64,000 nucleotides of DNA from Longimicrobiales bacterium (lineage in GTDB: Bacteria; Gemmatimonadota; Gemmatimonadetes; Longimicrobiales; Gaopeijiaceae), in contig CBDDCX010000005.1 of NCBI GenBank assembly GCA_965226375.1, forward strand, positions 224,001-288,000, given 5' to 3'. Under the pieces are notes generated by a model. The model had not been told where the DNA came from, did no database searches, and saw only the letters and a program-made list of their open reading frames with translations. How positions within the stretch are numbered: the first letter of the stretch is position 1; each line of letters opens with the position of its first letter. The position numbers and the translations under genes were made by a program. Below, piece by piece: positions 38,672-47,431 of the stretch.

Positions 38672-40069
38672 ATGTCCGACGGTCATCGCATAGAACGAGA
38701 TTCCCTGGGCGAGGTGCGGGTGCCCAGCGACGCGCTGTACGGGGCGCAAACGCAGCGAGCGCTCGAGAACTTCCCGATCAGCGGGCAACGTTTCGGCCGA
38801 GGCTTCATCCAGGCGATGGGTCTCATCAAGAAGGGAGCGGCACTGACCAACCTGGAGCTTGGCCACCTGGACGCAAAAATCGCCGAGGCCATTGCGGCGG
38901 CCGCTGCCGAGGTGGCGCGGGGGGAGTGGGATGACGAGTTCGTGCTCGACATCTATCAGACGGGATCCGGCACCTCCACCAACATGAATACCAATGAGGT
39001 GGTCGCACACCGGGCCGATCAGATCCTCGGAGGGGAGGGGGGCCGGGTACACCCGAACGACCACGTGAACTTCGGCCAGTCCTCCAACGACGTTATCCCC
39101 TCGGCCATTCATATCTCGGCTCGGGTTGCGATCGAGCGAGAGCTCATCCCCGCGCTCATGCATCTGAGGGACGCCCTCGCGGTCAAGGCCGAGGCCTTCG
39201 ATCACGTCCTCAAGTCGGGACGTACCCACCTGATGGACGCCACGCCTATCCGGCTCGGGCAGCAGTTCGGGGGCTACGCGCACCAGCTCACGAAGGGTAT
39301 CGAGCGCGTGCGTGCCGCCTCGGCGGGGCTCGGTGAGCTGGCTTTGGGCGGGACCGCAGTGGGGACTGGAATAAACACCCATCCGGACTTCGCGTCGAAG
39401 ACCATCGCACGTGTGGCCGAGGACCTGGGGTTGGAGTTTCGTGAAGCGGACAACCACTTCGAGGCTCAGGCCGCCAAAGACACGGTGGTCGATGCGGCCG
39501 GTACGCTGAACACGATCGCGGTCAGCTTTTTCAAGATCGCCGATGATCTACGGTGGCTGGCCAGTGGCCCGACCTCGGGAATCTCGGAGATCCGTATCCC
39601 CGCGATCCAGCCGGGAAGCTCCATCATGCCCGGCAAGGTGAACCCGGTCATGTCCGAGGCCATGATGATGGTGGCCGCCCGGGTGATGGGGAACCACACG
39701 ACCGTGACTATAGCCGGCCAGCGGGGCAACTTCGAGCTCAATGTGATGATGCCGGTCATGGCCCACGCACTGCTGGAGTCGGTGACCCTCCTGGCGAACA
39801 TGGCCACCACTTTCGCAGACCGATGCGTGGCGGGTATCGAGGTGAACGAAGAGAGGACCCGGGAGCTTCTCGAGAAGAACCCGTCCATCGCCACGGCGCT
39901 CAATCCCTACATCGGGTATGATAAGGCCGCGGAGGTCGCCAAAGAGGCGGCGCGCGAAGGGATTTCGGTGCGCGAAGTCGTGGAGAGACGGGAGCTGATC
40001 GCGCCCGAGCAGGTGGACGAGGCACTCGACGTACGGAAAATGACAGAGCCCGGGCTCCCCGAAGGGTAG
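38672..40069 (+). CDS. fumC: Class II fumarate hydratase
   Basis: [32 protein letters not shown]. Confidence 0.95.
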   Translation: MSDGHRIERDSLGEVRVPSDALYGAQTQRALENFPISGQRFGRGFIQAMGLIKKGAALTNLELGHLDAKIAEAIAAAAAEVARGEWDDEFVLDIYQTGSGTSTNMNTNEVVAHRADQILGGEGGRVHPNDHVNFGQSSNDVIPSAIHISARVAIERELIPALMHLRDALAVKAEAFDHVLKSGRTHLMDATPIRLGQQFGGYAHQLTKGIERVRAASAGLGELALGGTAVGTGINTHPDFASKTIARVAEDLGLEFREADNHFEAQAAKDTVVDAAGTLNTIAVSFFKIADDLRWLASGPTSGISEIRIPAIQPGSSIMPGKVNPVMSEAMMMVAARVMGNHTTVTIAGQRGNFELNVMMPVMAHALLESVTLLANMATTFADRCVAGIEVNEERTRELLEKNPSIATALNPYIGYDKAAEVAKEAAREGISVREVVERRELIAPEQVDEALDVRKMTEPGLPEG

Positions 40070-40189
40070 GCCCGAGCCCTGGTCGCCCGACGTGCCGCGC
40101 TCCGTACCGGCTTCCTTCGCCCTTGCCTCGAGGGAGTCAGCGGCGCGATGACGCAGTCGACACGCCGGGCTTATCAGCCCGCTAGCTGA

Positions 40190-40648
40190 TCAGGCGCTGT
40201 CCAGTTTGAGTTGAAGCTCCGTGCGCCGGAACTCCTTGTTCTTCATCGGGACCGGCACTCCACCATGAGGCAGGATTCGAGTCACCGAACCGTCCAGGTA
40301 GAGCGGGTACGCCCAAGCGCTTCCGAACCGCACCACCTGGATCAACTCCGGCCGCTCCTGATTGCTTGGGGGGGACACTGCCTCGGTGATTCGACGCCAA
40401 ACCCGATCGACGAGCCCCATGCGCTCGGTCACGGAGCCGGCCCACATCGCTAGTTGGAGCAGTTTCCGATCCGCCTCGCTCATCGACCGGATCACCCTGC
40501 GGTGCCCAGGAAAACTGTGCGAGAGCAGAAACGCCAGTGCTTCCGCCTCGGGTGCGGGGTCTACGGTGATCTCATGGTTCCCGGGCATCCGTACTCGGCA
40601 ACGGTCTGAAACGTCCAACCAACCATCTGCATGTATGCGCGTTCTCAT
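40190..40648 (-). CDS. Hypothetical protein
   Basis: 152-aa ORF with GAGG RBS. Confidence 0.7.
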   Translation of the reverse strand: MRTRIHADGWLDVSDRCRVRMPGNHEITVDPAPEAEALAFLLSHSFPGHRRVIRSMSEADRKLLQLAMWAGSVTERMGLVDRVWRRITEAVSPPSNQERPELIQVVRFGSAWAYPLYLDGSVTRILPHGGVPVPMKNKEFRRTELQLKLDSA

Positions 40649-40938
40649 TTGTTTGCCTCAATCAGAGCGGTCGTTCGTGCCCGTTCGGAGGGGCATTAAT
40701 GGAAGAGTCGTGCCGTGAAAGTGGGGAGGAGTAGGTGGGGTGTGGAAAACACGCTTAAGTGTTTATGAGATAGTCTGTTACGTCCTGTGGGAGCCCCTCC
40801 CTCGATGCGGGTATGGGGGGGGAGTGATAGGCATTTTTTAGTCAGAATCGGCAAGAAGTACGCATAGAAGCCTGGTTCGTGGAGGCCTCCTCAGATCTTT
40901 CCGCCCACGAACCGCGCGGGGGCCTCAACGCGCCCGTA

Positions 40939-40958
40939 CTTCTTCAACAGCCTTCTAG
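40939..40958. repeat. CTAG-terminal element end
   Basis: Exact 20-bp reverse complement of 21314-21333. Confidence 0.7.
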
Positions 40959-40991
40959 ACAGGGAGCCGGGCCCCGGCCTATATTCGATAT

Positions 40992-41144
40992 CGGCGTGCT
41001 GGGGGGCTCGTTTATTGAGCCAACACCCGTGAAGCCGGGACTGACTCTTTCGGACTACGTCATGCCCTGAGAAGGGAAGGCGAAACTCGGAAGGAGGTCA
41101 CCCAACAGTGTCCCTGGGCTTCAATAATTCCCCTCTGGTGCGCT
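40992..41144 (+). ncRNA. ssrS: Probable 6S RNA
   Basis: Long irregular rod: GGGGGG/TTCCCC, TTATTGAGCC/GGCTTCAATAA, central bubble, GGG/CACCC, TGACTCTTTC/GAAGGAGGTCA; TATATT -10 at 40980; 3' hairpin. Confidence 0.7.
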
Positions 41145-41145
41145 T

Positions 41146-41180
41146 AGAGAGGCCGAAATCCTTTGGGTTCCGGCCTCTCT
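41146..41180 (+). terminator. Hairpin closing the ncRNA
   Basis: AGAGAGGCCG...CGGCCTCTCT perfect 10-bp outer stem. Confidence 0.6.
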
Positions 41181-41291
41181 CGTCGTATGAGGACGGATGC
41201 CGTCCAACGGCGGTGGCGATGCGTGACTCTCTACATCTCTCCTCGGACTTGCCTAGACGCCAGAACTGCGGGTAGCCTAGACGTTGTCGTC

Positions 41292-42338
41292 GTGAATGAG
41301 GCGAAGCCTTCCCCTCCAACGAGATCAGAGTTCGTGAGCGGAAAACTGCAGAGAGCGATCGAAGAGCGCCTTGCCCTCGGTGCCCTCGAATACGAGGTGC
41401 CTAAGTCGACCGAGGGCTGGAAGTACATGCTCGGGGGCATAACCGCCTTCTTGATCGGGGTCATCGTCGTCACGGGCCTGTACCTGGCCCAGTTCTACAA
41501 TCCCACTCCCCAGGGGGCCCACGACAGTGTGCTCTACATCATCACCCGTGCTCCGTTGGGCGATTGGGTTCGCAGCTTACATTTCCTGGCGTCCGGCGCC
41601 CTCGTGGTGACGGTGACCGCTCATCTGGCTTACGTCTTTTGGAGAAGGTCCTACAAGCGGCCTCGTGAGATGACGTGGTGGGCCGGTGTGATCATGGCCG
41701 CCTTGATCTTCCTGCTAGTGATCACTGGGACCACCCTTCGGTACGATCAAGAAGGTTTCGAGGCGCTGCTTCACTTCGTCGCAGGAGGCAACCTCACGGG
41801 GGCCTTCGGGGCGTTCTTCACCGACGACTTTACACCGAGCACCTCGCTTCTGTCTCGGATTTTCAGCCTTCACACGAGCCTTCTGCCCTTGCTGCTCGGG
41901 TTGCTGATCGGGCTGCACTTCTGGCTCATTCGCCACCTCGGGATTCATGCCGACTCGTCGCAGACAGGAGTCTTTCGGGTTCATGCCACACGTTTGGCCG
42001 GATACGGTCTGCTCCTCTTCGCCGGGTTGGGTATCCTCGCGCTCCTTATTCCGGAAGGGATCGGCTACCCGGCGGTGCCCGGGGTGGAGATCACGAAGCC
42101 GTTCTGGCCCGTCCTCTGGGTGTACGGGCTGGAGAACCTGTTGGGGGCGTGGGGGATGATCCTGGGCCCCGCCGCCGTCTTCGTCTTCCTGATGGCGGTA
42201 CCACTGCTGGATCGCGATGAGGATGACACGCCCGGTCGCCACGGGTGGGTAGGGTGGATAGGAGTGGCGTTGGGTGTCATTATACTGTGTCTTTGGCTGT
42301 ACGGTGTGTTCGGTGAGGTACAAGAACACATGATGTAA
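41292..42338 (+). CDS. Cytochrome b/b6-family protein
   Basis: Four heme His (RSLH...AHL; FSLH...GLHF), SYKRPREMTWWAG; start uncertain. Confidence 0.88.
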   Translation: MNEAKPSPPTRSEFVSGKLQRAIEERLALGALEYEVPKSTEGWKYMLGGITAFLIGVIVVTGLYLAQFYNPTPQGAHDSVLYIITRAPLGDWVRSLHFLASGALVVTVTAHLAYVFWRRSYKRPREMTWWAGVIMAALIFLLVITGTTLRYDQEGFEALLHFVAGGNLTGAFGAFFTDDFTPSTSLLSRIFSLHTSLLPLLLGLLIGLHFWLIRHLGIHADSSQTGVFRVHATRLAGYGLLLFAGLGILALLIPEGIGYPAVPGVEITKPFWPVLWVYGLENLLGAWGMILGPAAVFVFLMAVPLLDRDEDDTPGRHGWVGWIGVALGVIILCLWLYGVFGEVQEHMM

Positions 42339-42355
42339 TCGAGGGGGAGAACGAT

Positions 42356-42901
42356 ATGTCTGTACGCATAGTGGGTAGGGTGGGATCTCTAGTGTTGCTC
42401 GGTGTTCTGATGGCCGCGGTACACGGTGCCGTCCTGAAGAGCACCATGGAGTCTGTGGAGGCCGGCCAGGTGCTGCCCCTCGTGGGAGAGGACTTCCACG
42501 CGGGCATGACCGTCACGCTCGCTCTGGTGGGTGTATCCGATGAGCACTCGGTTGGTGAGGCGACGGCCAGCGACGAGGGTGGCTTCACCAAGGACCTCAT
42601 GATTCCCGTCACGGCGCGCCCCGGCGACTACCAGGTGGTCGCGTACGAACCGAGTGGAGATCGGGCGGCAGCCCTGGACATGAGGGTCCTCACGGCGTCG
42701 GCTGTGGCTGAAGCCGCCGATGAGTCCCCTAAAGACGCTGCCGGGCATGATGCGGCGGAGATGACCGCTGCCACGGCCGAAGAAATGGTCATCGCCCGTT
42801 CCATGACCGGAGCTGGATGGGGCGTTATCGGCCTCGTGGTCGGCCTCGCGGGTGGTTTGGGGCTGGTTCTGCTCAGGGGTGCCCCAGTCAGCGAGGTCTA
42901 G
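42356..42901 (+). CDS. Exported protein with C-terminal TM anchor
   Basis: Signal peptide, beta-rich domain, C-terminal hydrophobic helix; GGGGAG RBS. Confidence 0.7.
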   Translation: MSVRIVGRVGSLVLLGVLMAAVHGAVLKSTMESVEAGQVLPLVGEDFHAGMTVTLALVGVSDEHSVGEATASDEGGFTKDLMIPVTARPGDYQVVAYEPSGDRAAALDMRVLTASAVAEAADESPKDAAGHDAAEMTAATAEEMVIARSMTGAGWGVIGLVVGLAGGLGLVLLRGAPVSEV

Positions 42902-43010
42902 AGATCTGCAGCCCGAGTCTGCCGGTCCAGGTTGGCCGCCTCTCCTCACGTGGCTCCATCCGACCGGTGGGGCCACGTCGGCTGCATCCTGCCCACCCAA
43001 AGGAACGTGA

Positions 43011-44156
43011 ATGACCGATCACCCCGATCCGCCTTCGGGCGGCGAAGTGTTACCCTGGCGTCCGGAACTCACGGAAGCCATCTACGCCCTTCTCTACCGC
43101 GACGATCTCGGACTCGACCACCTCGTAGCCGAACTGGAGGCACTCGCTCGGGCCGAGGGAGCCGCGGTGTACTCCGAGCTCCTTTACCTGCTTTCCCACA
43201 TACGCTTCGAGGAGGCGGAGGCGGAGCGGCATTGGAAAGACATCGTACAGGTGAACCGTCAGCTCCAGAATCCGAAGCTGATCGAACTGAAGGTCTTCGA
43301 AGAGACCCAAGCTTCGGCGTACCGAGACGAGCTTACAGGCCTCCACAACTTCCGCTTCTTCCAGGAATACTTGGGCTGGGAGAAGAACCGCTGCGAGCGG
43401 CACGAGCAAACCTTCTCGATCGCCATGTGCGACATCGACAACTTCAAGGACTACAACGACCGATTTGGGCACAATCAGGGGAACTCGACGCTGCAGGTCG
43501 TTGCCCGGACCCTGGTGGAGGCTGGCCGGGAAGAGGACGTCGTCTCCCGCTATGGCGGCGAGGAGTTCGTAATCATCATGCCCGCGACGTCCAAGGATGA
43601 TGCCGCGGGGGTGGCCGATCGAGTGCGTGAGGCCGTCGGCGACCTCGAGTTGTCGGCCGACGATCCCACGCACCGAGTCACGGTCAGTTTCGGCGTCGCA
43701 AACTATCCGATCGATGCTACCAGCACGGACGATCTCATCCGGTGCGCCGATCGGGCCATGTATATCTCCAAGGCTCGAGGCAAGAATCAGGTCCAGTTGT
43801 ATGGCGCCAATCGTCGGGCACACCGTCGAATCAGCGCAGTCGTCGAGGGTGAGATTCGAACCTTCGAGGAAACACGTCGACCGTTCTCGACCCTGGACAT
43901 CAGTGAGACGAGTCTGCGTGTCAACGTGGATAGCGACGTGGCAGTGGATTCCCTCGTGGAGTTCACGTTGAAGCTTCCCGACCACGGCCAGAACGTGACC
44001 GCTCACGGACGGGTTATTCGCGCTGATCCAAGCGGGGCAGGCAAGTACGAGTTGGCGATATCGATTGTGGACATCGACACCCGTCAGCACCTTGTCCTCA
44101 AGCGCTACATTCGCTCCCTGGAGACCGAGTCTCCGGGACCGTTCGAGCCTCGATGA
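43011..44156 (+). CDS. Diguanylate cyclase (GGDEF) with C-terminal PilZ domain
   Basis: DELTGL, DIDNFK, REED I-site, RYGGEEF; RRAHRR...DISETS. Confidence 0.9.
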   Translation: MTDHPDPPSGGEVLPWRPELTEAIYALLYRDDLGLDHLVAELEALARAEGAAVYSELLYLLSHIRFEEAEAERHWKDIVQVNRQLQNPKLIELKVFEETQASAYRDELTGLHNFRFFQEYLGWEKNRCERHEQTFSIAMCDIDNFKDYNDRFGHNQGNSTLQVVARTLVEAGREEDVVSRYGGEEFVIIMPATSKDDAAGVADRVREAVGDLELSADDPTHRVTVSFGVANYPIDATSTDDLIRCADRAMYISKARGKNQVQLYGANRRAHRRISAVVEGEIRTFEETRRPFSTLDISETSLRVNVDSDVAVDSLVEFTLKLPDHGQNVTAHGRVIRADPSGAGKYELAISIVDIDTRQHLVLKRYIRSLETESPGPFEPR

Positions 44157-44295
44157 CGTTCGTCGCGGTCGTGCGACTGAGGCTCGATTGACACATAAGC
44201 CGTCGTGGCCCGTATACTGGGTCGATGCCGCGTACCATGTTGCCCGCCTTCTGTCCCGCGGGGGACCAGACGCTTGCCGGAGAGAGGGATCGTTG

Positions 44296-47200
44296 ATGGG
44301 ATTCAGGGTCCTGATTGCCGGGTGGATGAGCCGGCTGGCCGTCGCACTGACCCTGGCCTCGTCCCTCCTCACTCTACCAAACTCTGCATCCGCGCAATAC
44401 TTCGGGCGTAACAAGGTCCAATACGAGACCTTCGACTTCAAAGTGCTCACCACTCCGCACTTCGATGTTCTGTTTTATCTCGAAGATGAGCAGGTGATCG
44501 AGGACGCGGCTCGGATGGCGGAGCGTTGGTATGAGCGCTTCGCTCGCCTGTTCCAACATGAGTTCAGAGGTCCCAGGCCCCTCATTCTGTATGCGGGTCA
44601 CCCGGACTTCCAACAGACCAACGCCGTGGCGGGAGACCTGGGCGAAGGCACCGGCAGCGTTATCGAGTCATTCAAGGATCGAATCGTCATTTCCCTGACG
44701 GATTCGTACCGGGACACCGACCACCTCATCGGCCATGAGCTCGTCCACGAGTTCCAGAGCGATATCGCGCGGAGCCGGTCCGGACCCGGGTCCCGAGGTC
44801 TTGCCAACGTTCCGCTGTGGCTAAGCGAGGGACTTGCCGACTACCTGTCGATGGGGAACGAGGATCCGCACACCGCCATGTGGCTGAGAGAGGCCATCCG
44901 GCGAGATGCATTCCCCAACCTTGCAGAGGTGGCGACCGACGGTCGTCTCTACACGCACCACTTCGGCCACGCCTTGTGGGCGTTTCTCGGCGGCACCTAT
45001 GGAGACGAGGTGGTCGTGGACATCTATCGCCGGGCACAGCGGGCGGGGTTTGGTCAAGCTCTGAGGGACGCCTTGCGGAGAGGCCCGGAGCGGGTCTCCG
45101 AGGTGTGGCGCAGTGCGGTGGAGGCAGAGTATCTGCCCTTGATGGCCGGCAAGCAGGTCCCGGGCGAATCCGGAGCCCTGCTCTTGGCTCCTTCTACCGG
45201 TGCGGGCACGCAGAACCTCTCCCCCTCGGTGAGTCCCGACGGGCGGCTCATCGCTTTCCTGTCCGAGCGTGACTTGGGCATCGACCTGTTTGTGGCGGAT
45301 GCACGGACCGGGGAGGTTCTGCGCAAGCTCGTCAGCACGGATGTCGAGGCCCACTTCGATGCGCTCCGCTTCGTCGACGGTACGGGTGACTGGTCGCCCG
45401 ACGGCTCGAAATTCGTGTTTGCCGTGTCTTCGAAGGGCGACACCCGCCTCGCTATCGTCGACGTGGCCAGCGGTGAGGTGGAGCGGGAAGGCGACTTTGG
45501 AGAGATCGCGATCACGAGTACGGCATGGTCGCCCGATGGACGAACCATCGTGTTCTCCGGACTGGACCAAGGCTCGAGTAACCTCTACAGCTGGGATCTA
45601 CAGACCGGTGCCTTGGGCCAACTGACCAGCGACAAGTACGCTGCACTCCAGCCGACGTGGTCGCCCGACGGGTCGACGGTGGCCTTTGTTTCGGATCGCG
45701 GGTCGAGCACCGACCTTGATCGACTCGCGTGGGGTGAGCCCAACATAGCGTTCTTGGATGTGGCTTCTGGCGACCTCTCCACGCTGAACGTCTTCGGCGC
45801 GACCAAGCACATCAATCCCCGGTACGCCCCGGACGGTCGAAGCCTCTACTTCATCTCGGATCAAGACGGTTTCAGCGACATCTACCAGTACACGTTCGAC
45901 GACGCGGAAGTCCGCCGAATTACACGACTCCAGACGGGTGTGAGTGGCGTCAGCGCCATGTCGCCGGCGATATCGGTCGCCCGCGAGGCGGGCACGATCG
46001 TGTACTCGGTGTTCGACGACTTCGAGTTCCACGTGTACAGCCTGCAGTCCAGCGAGGCCGACGCGGGGGGTGAGGTGATCACGGCGTCCCCCGACGCTCA
46101 GCCCGGCCGCATCCTTTATCCGGGCGTCCCAGTGCAGGTGAGCAGGGTGGCGCAATACCTCTCGGACCCGGAATCGTCGCTCGTGCCGAATGGCACGTAC
46201 CTCGCCGCGGGTACGAAGAACTACAAACCCGTCTTCTCCATGGACTTCACGGGCCAGCCCAATATGGGCGTCGGTACCGACCGATTCACCGCCTATTCGG
46301 CCGGTGGTGCCACGGCGTACTACAGCGATTTACTTGGCAACCACAAGATCGGTTTTGCCGCTCAATTGCTGGGGGAAATCAGGGATATTGGAGGGCAGAT
46401 CCACTACCTGAACGAGGCCGGACGGATCAACTGGGGGTTCGTCGCCGGGTGGACACCTCATCGACAGGGATACGTTACTCAGGGGTGGCATGCCCCTACG
46501 GATCATCTTCGCTTGGCCATCAGCCGGCAGCATTACGGTCTGGCGCACGCAGGGGGCATCATCGCCTACCCCTTGTCTTCCACCACCCGCTTGGAATCCA
46601 ACTTCGGGATACAGCACTACTCCTACTCCCTCGAAGAGGACGTTTGGATCGTGGGTCTGGGCGGAACGACCATTCATCAGAATCGCACGGAGCCGATCGA
46701 CTGGCTCGACCCCGTCACTCTCGGTGCCGCCACGTTGGCTCTCGTGCGGGACAAGGCGACGGAGGGGTACACCTCACCGTCGGGTGGCACCCGCCTCAGG
46801 CTCGAGGTCGGTCGCACTTTCGGTTCGATCGACTTCACCTCGGTGGTCGCGGATTTACGGGGCTACTACAGCCCCAACCGCAGCTTGACGTTCGCTGCGC
46901 GAGGCATGCACTTCGGCCGGTATGGGGGGGCACTCGATCCGACACAGAACGACGCCAAGATCCAGCCGCTCTTTCTCGGCTACGAACCTCTGATGCGTGG
47001 GTACTCGTTCGAGAGCTACGACGTTCTCGAGTGCGACCTGGATGTGGAAGAGGGCGCTCGTGCAAGCGCGTGTGACGGGTTCGCCCGTCCCTTTGGACAT
47101 CGTCTGGCGGTGGCCAACTTCGAGGTCCGTACCACCTTGTTGGGCACCCCGGAGCACGGTTTGATCAGCTTCCCCTTCCTGCCTACCGAACTCTTCGCTT

Positions 47201-47403
47201 TCGTCGACGTGGGTCTGGCTTGGAACGACCTCGAGAACCTCGACTTCCGCGAATCAGTGGGGGACGAAGAACCCATCGCCTCCGTGGGAGTCGGACTCCG
47301 ATCGAACTTCGTGGGCTTCCTGGTTCTCCAGACGTACCTGGCCTACCCGTTCCAGCGGACGAGGGGGGCGCACATCGGCTTCGTACTGTCCCCCGGCTGG
47401 TAG
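44296..47403 (+). CDS. Peptidase-like (HEXXH) + PD40/TolB propeller + Omp85/BamA-type barrel protein
   Basis: QYFGRNKVQY, HELVHEF...EGLADY, WSPDG repeats, MRGY motif, aromatic C-terminus. Confidence 0.85.
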   Translation: MGFRVLIAGWMSRLAVALTLASSLLTLPNSASAQYFGRNKVQYETFDFKVLTTPHFDVLFYLEDEQVIEDAARMAERWYERFARLFQHEFRGPRPLILYAGHPDFQQTNAVAGDLGEGTGSVIESFKDRIVISLTDSYRDTDHLIGHELVHEFQSDIARSRSGPGSRGLANVPLWLSEGLADYLSMGNEDPHTAMWLREAIRRDAFPNLAEVATDGRLYTHHFGHALWAFLGGTYGDEVVVDIYRRAQRAGFGQALRDALRRGPERVSEVWRSAVEAEYLPLMAGKQVPGESGALLLAPSTGAGTQNLSPSVSPDGRLIAFLSERDLGIDLFVADARTGEVLRKLVSTDVEAHFDALRFVDGTGDWSPDGSKFVFAVSSKGDTRLAIVDVASGEVEREGDFGEIAITSTAWSPDGRTIVFSGLDQGSSNLYSWDLQTGALGQLTSDKYAALQPTWSPDGSTVAFVSDRGSSTDLDRLAWGEPNIAFLDVASGDLSTLNVFGATKHINPRYAPDGRSLYFISDQDGFSDIYQYTFDDAEVRRITRLQTGVSGVSAMSPAISVAREAGTIVYSVFDDFEFHVYSLQSSEADAGGEVITASPDAQPGRILYPGVPVQVSRVAQYLSDPESSLVPNGTYLAAGTKNYKPVFSMDFTGQPNMGVGTDRFTAYSAGGATAYYSDLLGNHKIGFAAQLLGEIRDIGGQIHYLNEAGRINWGFVAGWTPHRQGYVTQGWHAPTDHLRLAISRQHYGLAHAGGIIAYPLSSTTRLESNFGIQHYSYSLEEDVWIVGLGGTTIHQNRTEPIDWLDPVTLGAATLALVRDKATEGYTSPSGGTRLRLEVGRTFGSIDFTSVVADLRGYYSPNRSLTFAARGMHFGRYGGALDPTQNDAKIQPLFLGYEPLMRGYSFESYDVLECDLDVEEGARASACDGFARPFGHRLAVANFEVRTTLLGTPEHGLISFPFLPTELFAFVDVGLAWNDLENLDFRESVGDEEPIASVGVGLRSNFVGFLVLQTYLAYPFQRTRGAHIGFVLSPGW

Positions 47404-47431
47404 TTAGTCGCCGTACTTCCGCGTCAGGACC

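Noticed and set aside
40700..40715. Sigma-54-like CGGCACGACTCTTCCA upstream of the 40648 gene
   Set aside because: The -12 GC is replaced by CC; cannot be supported
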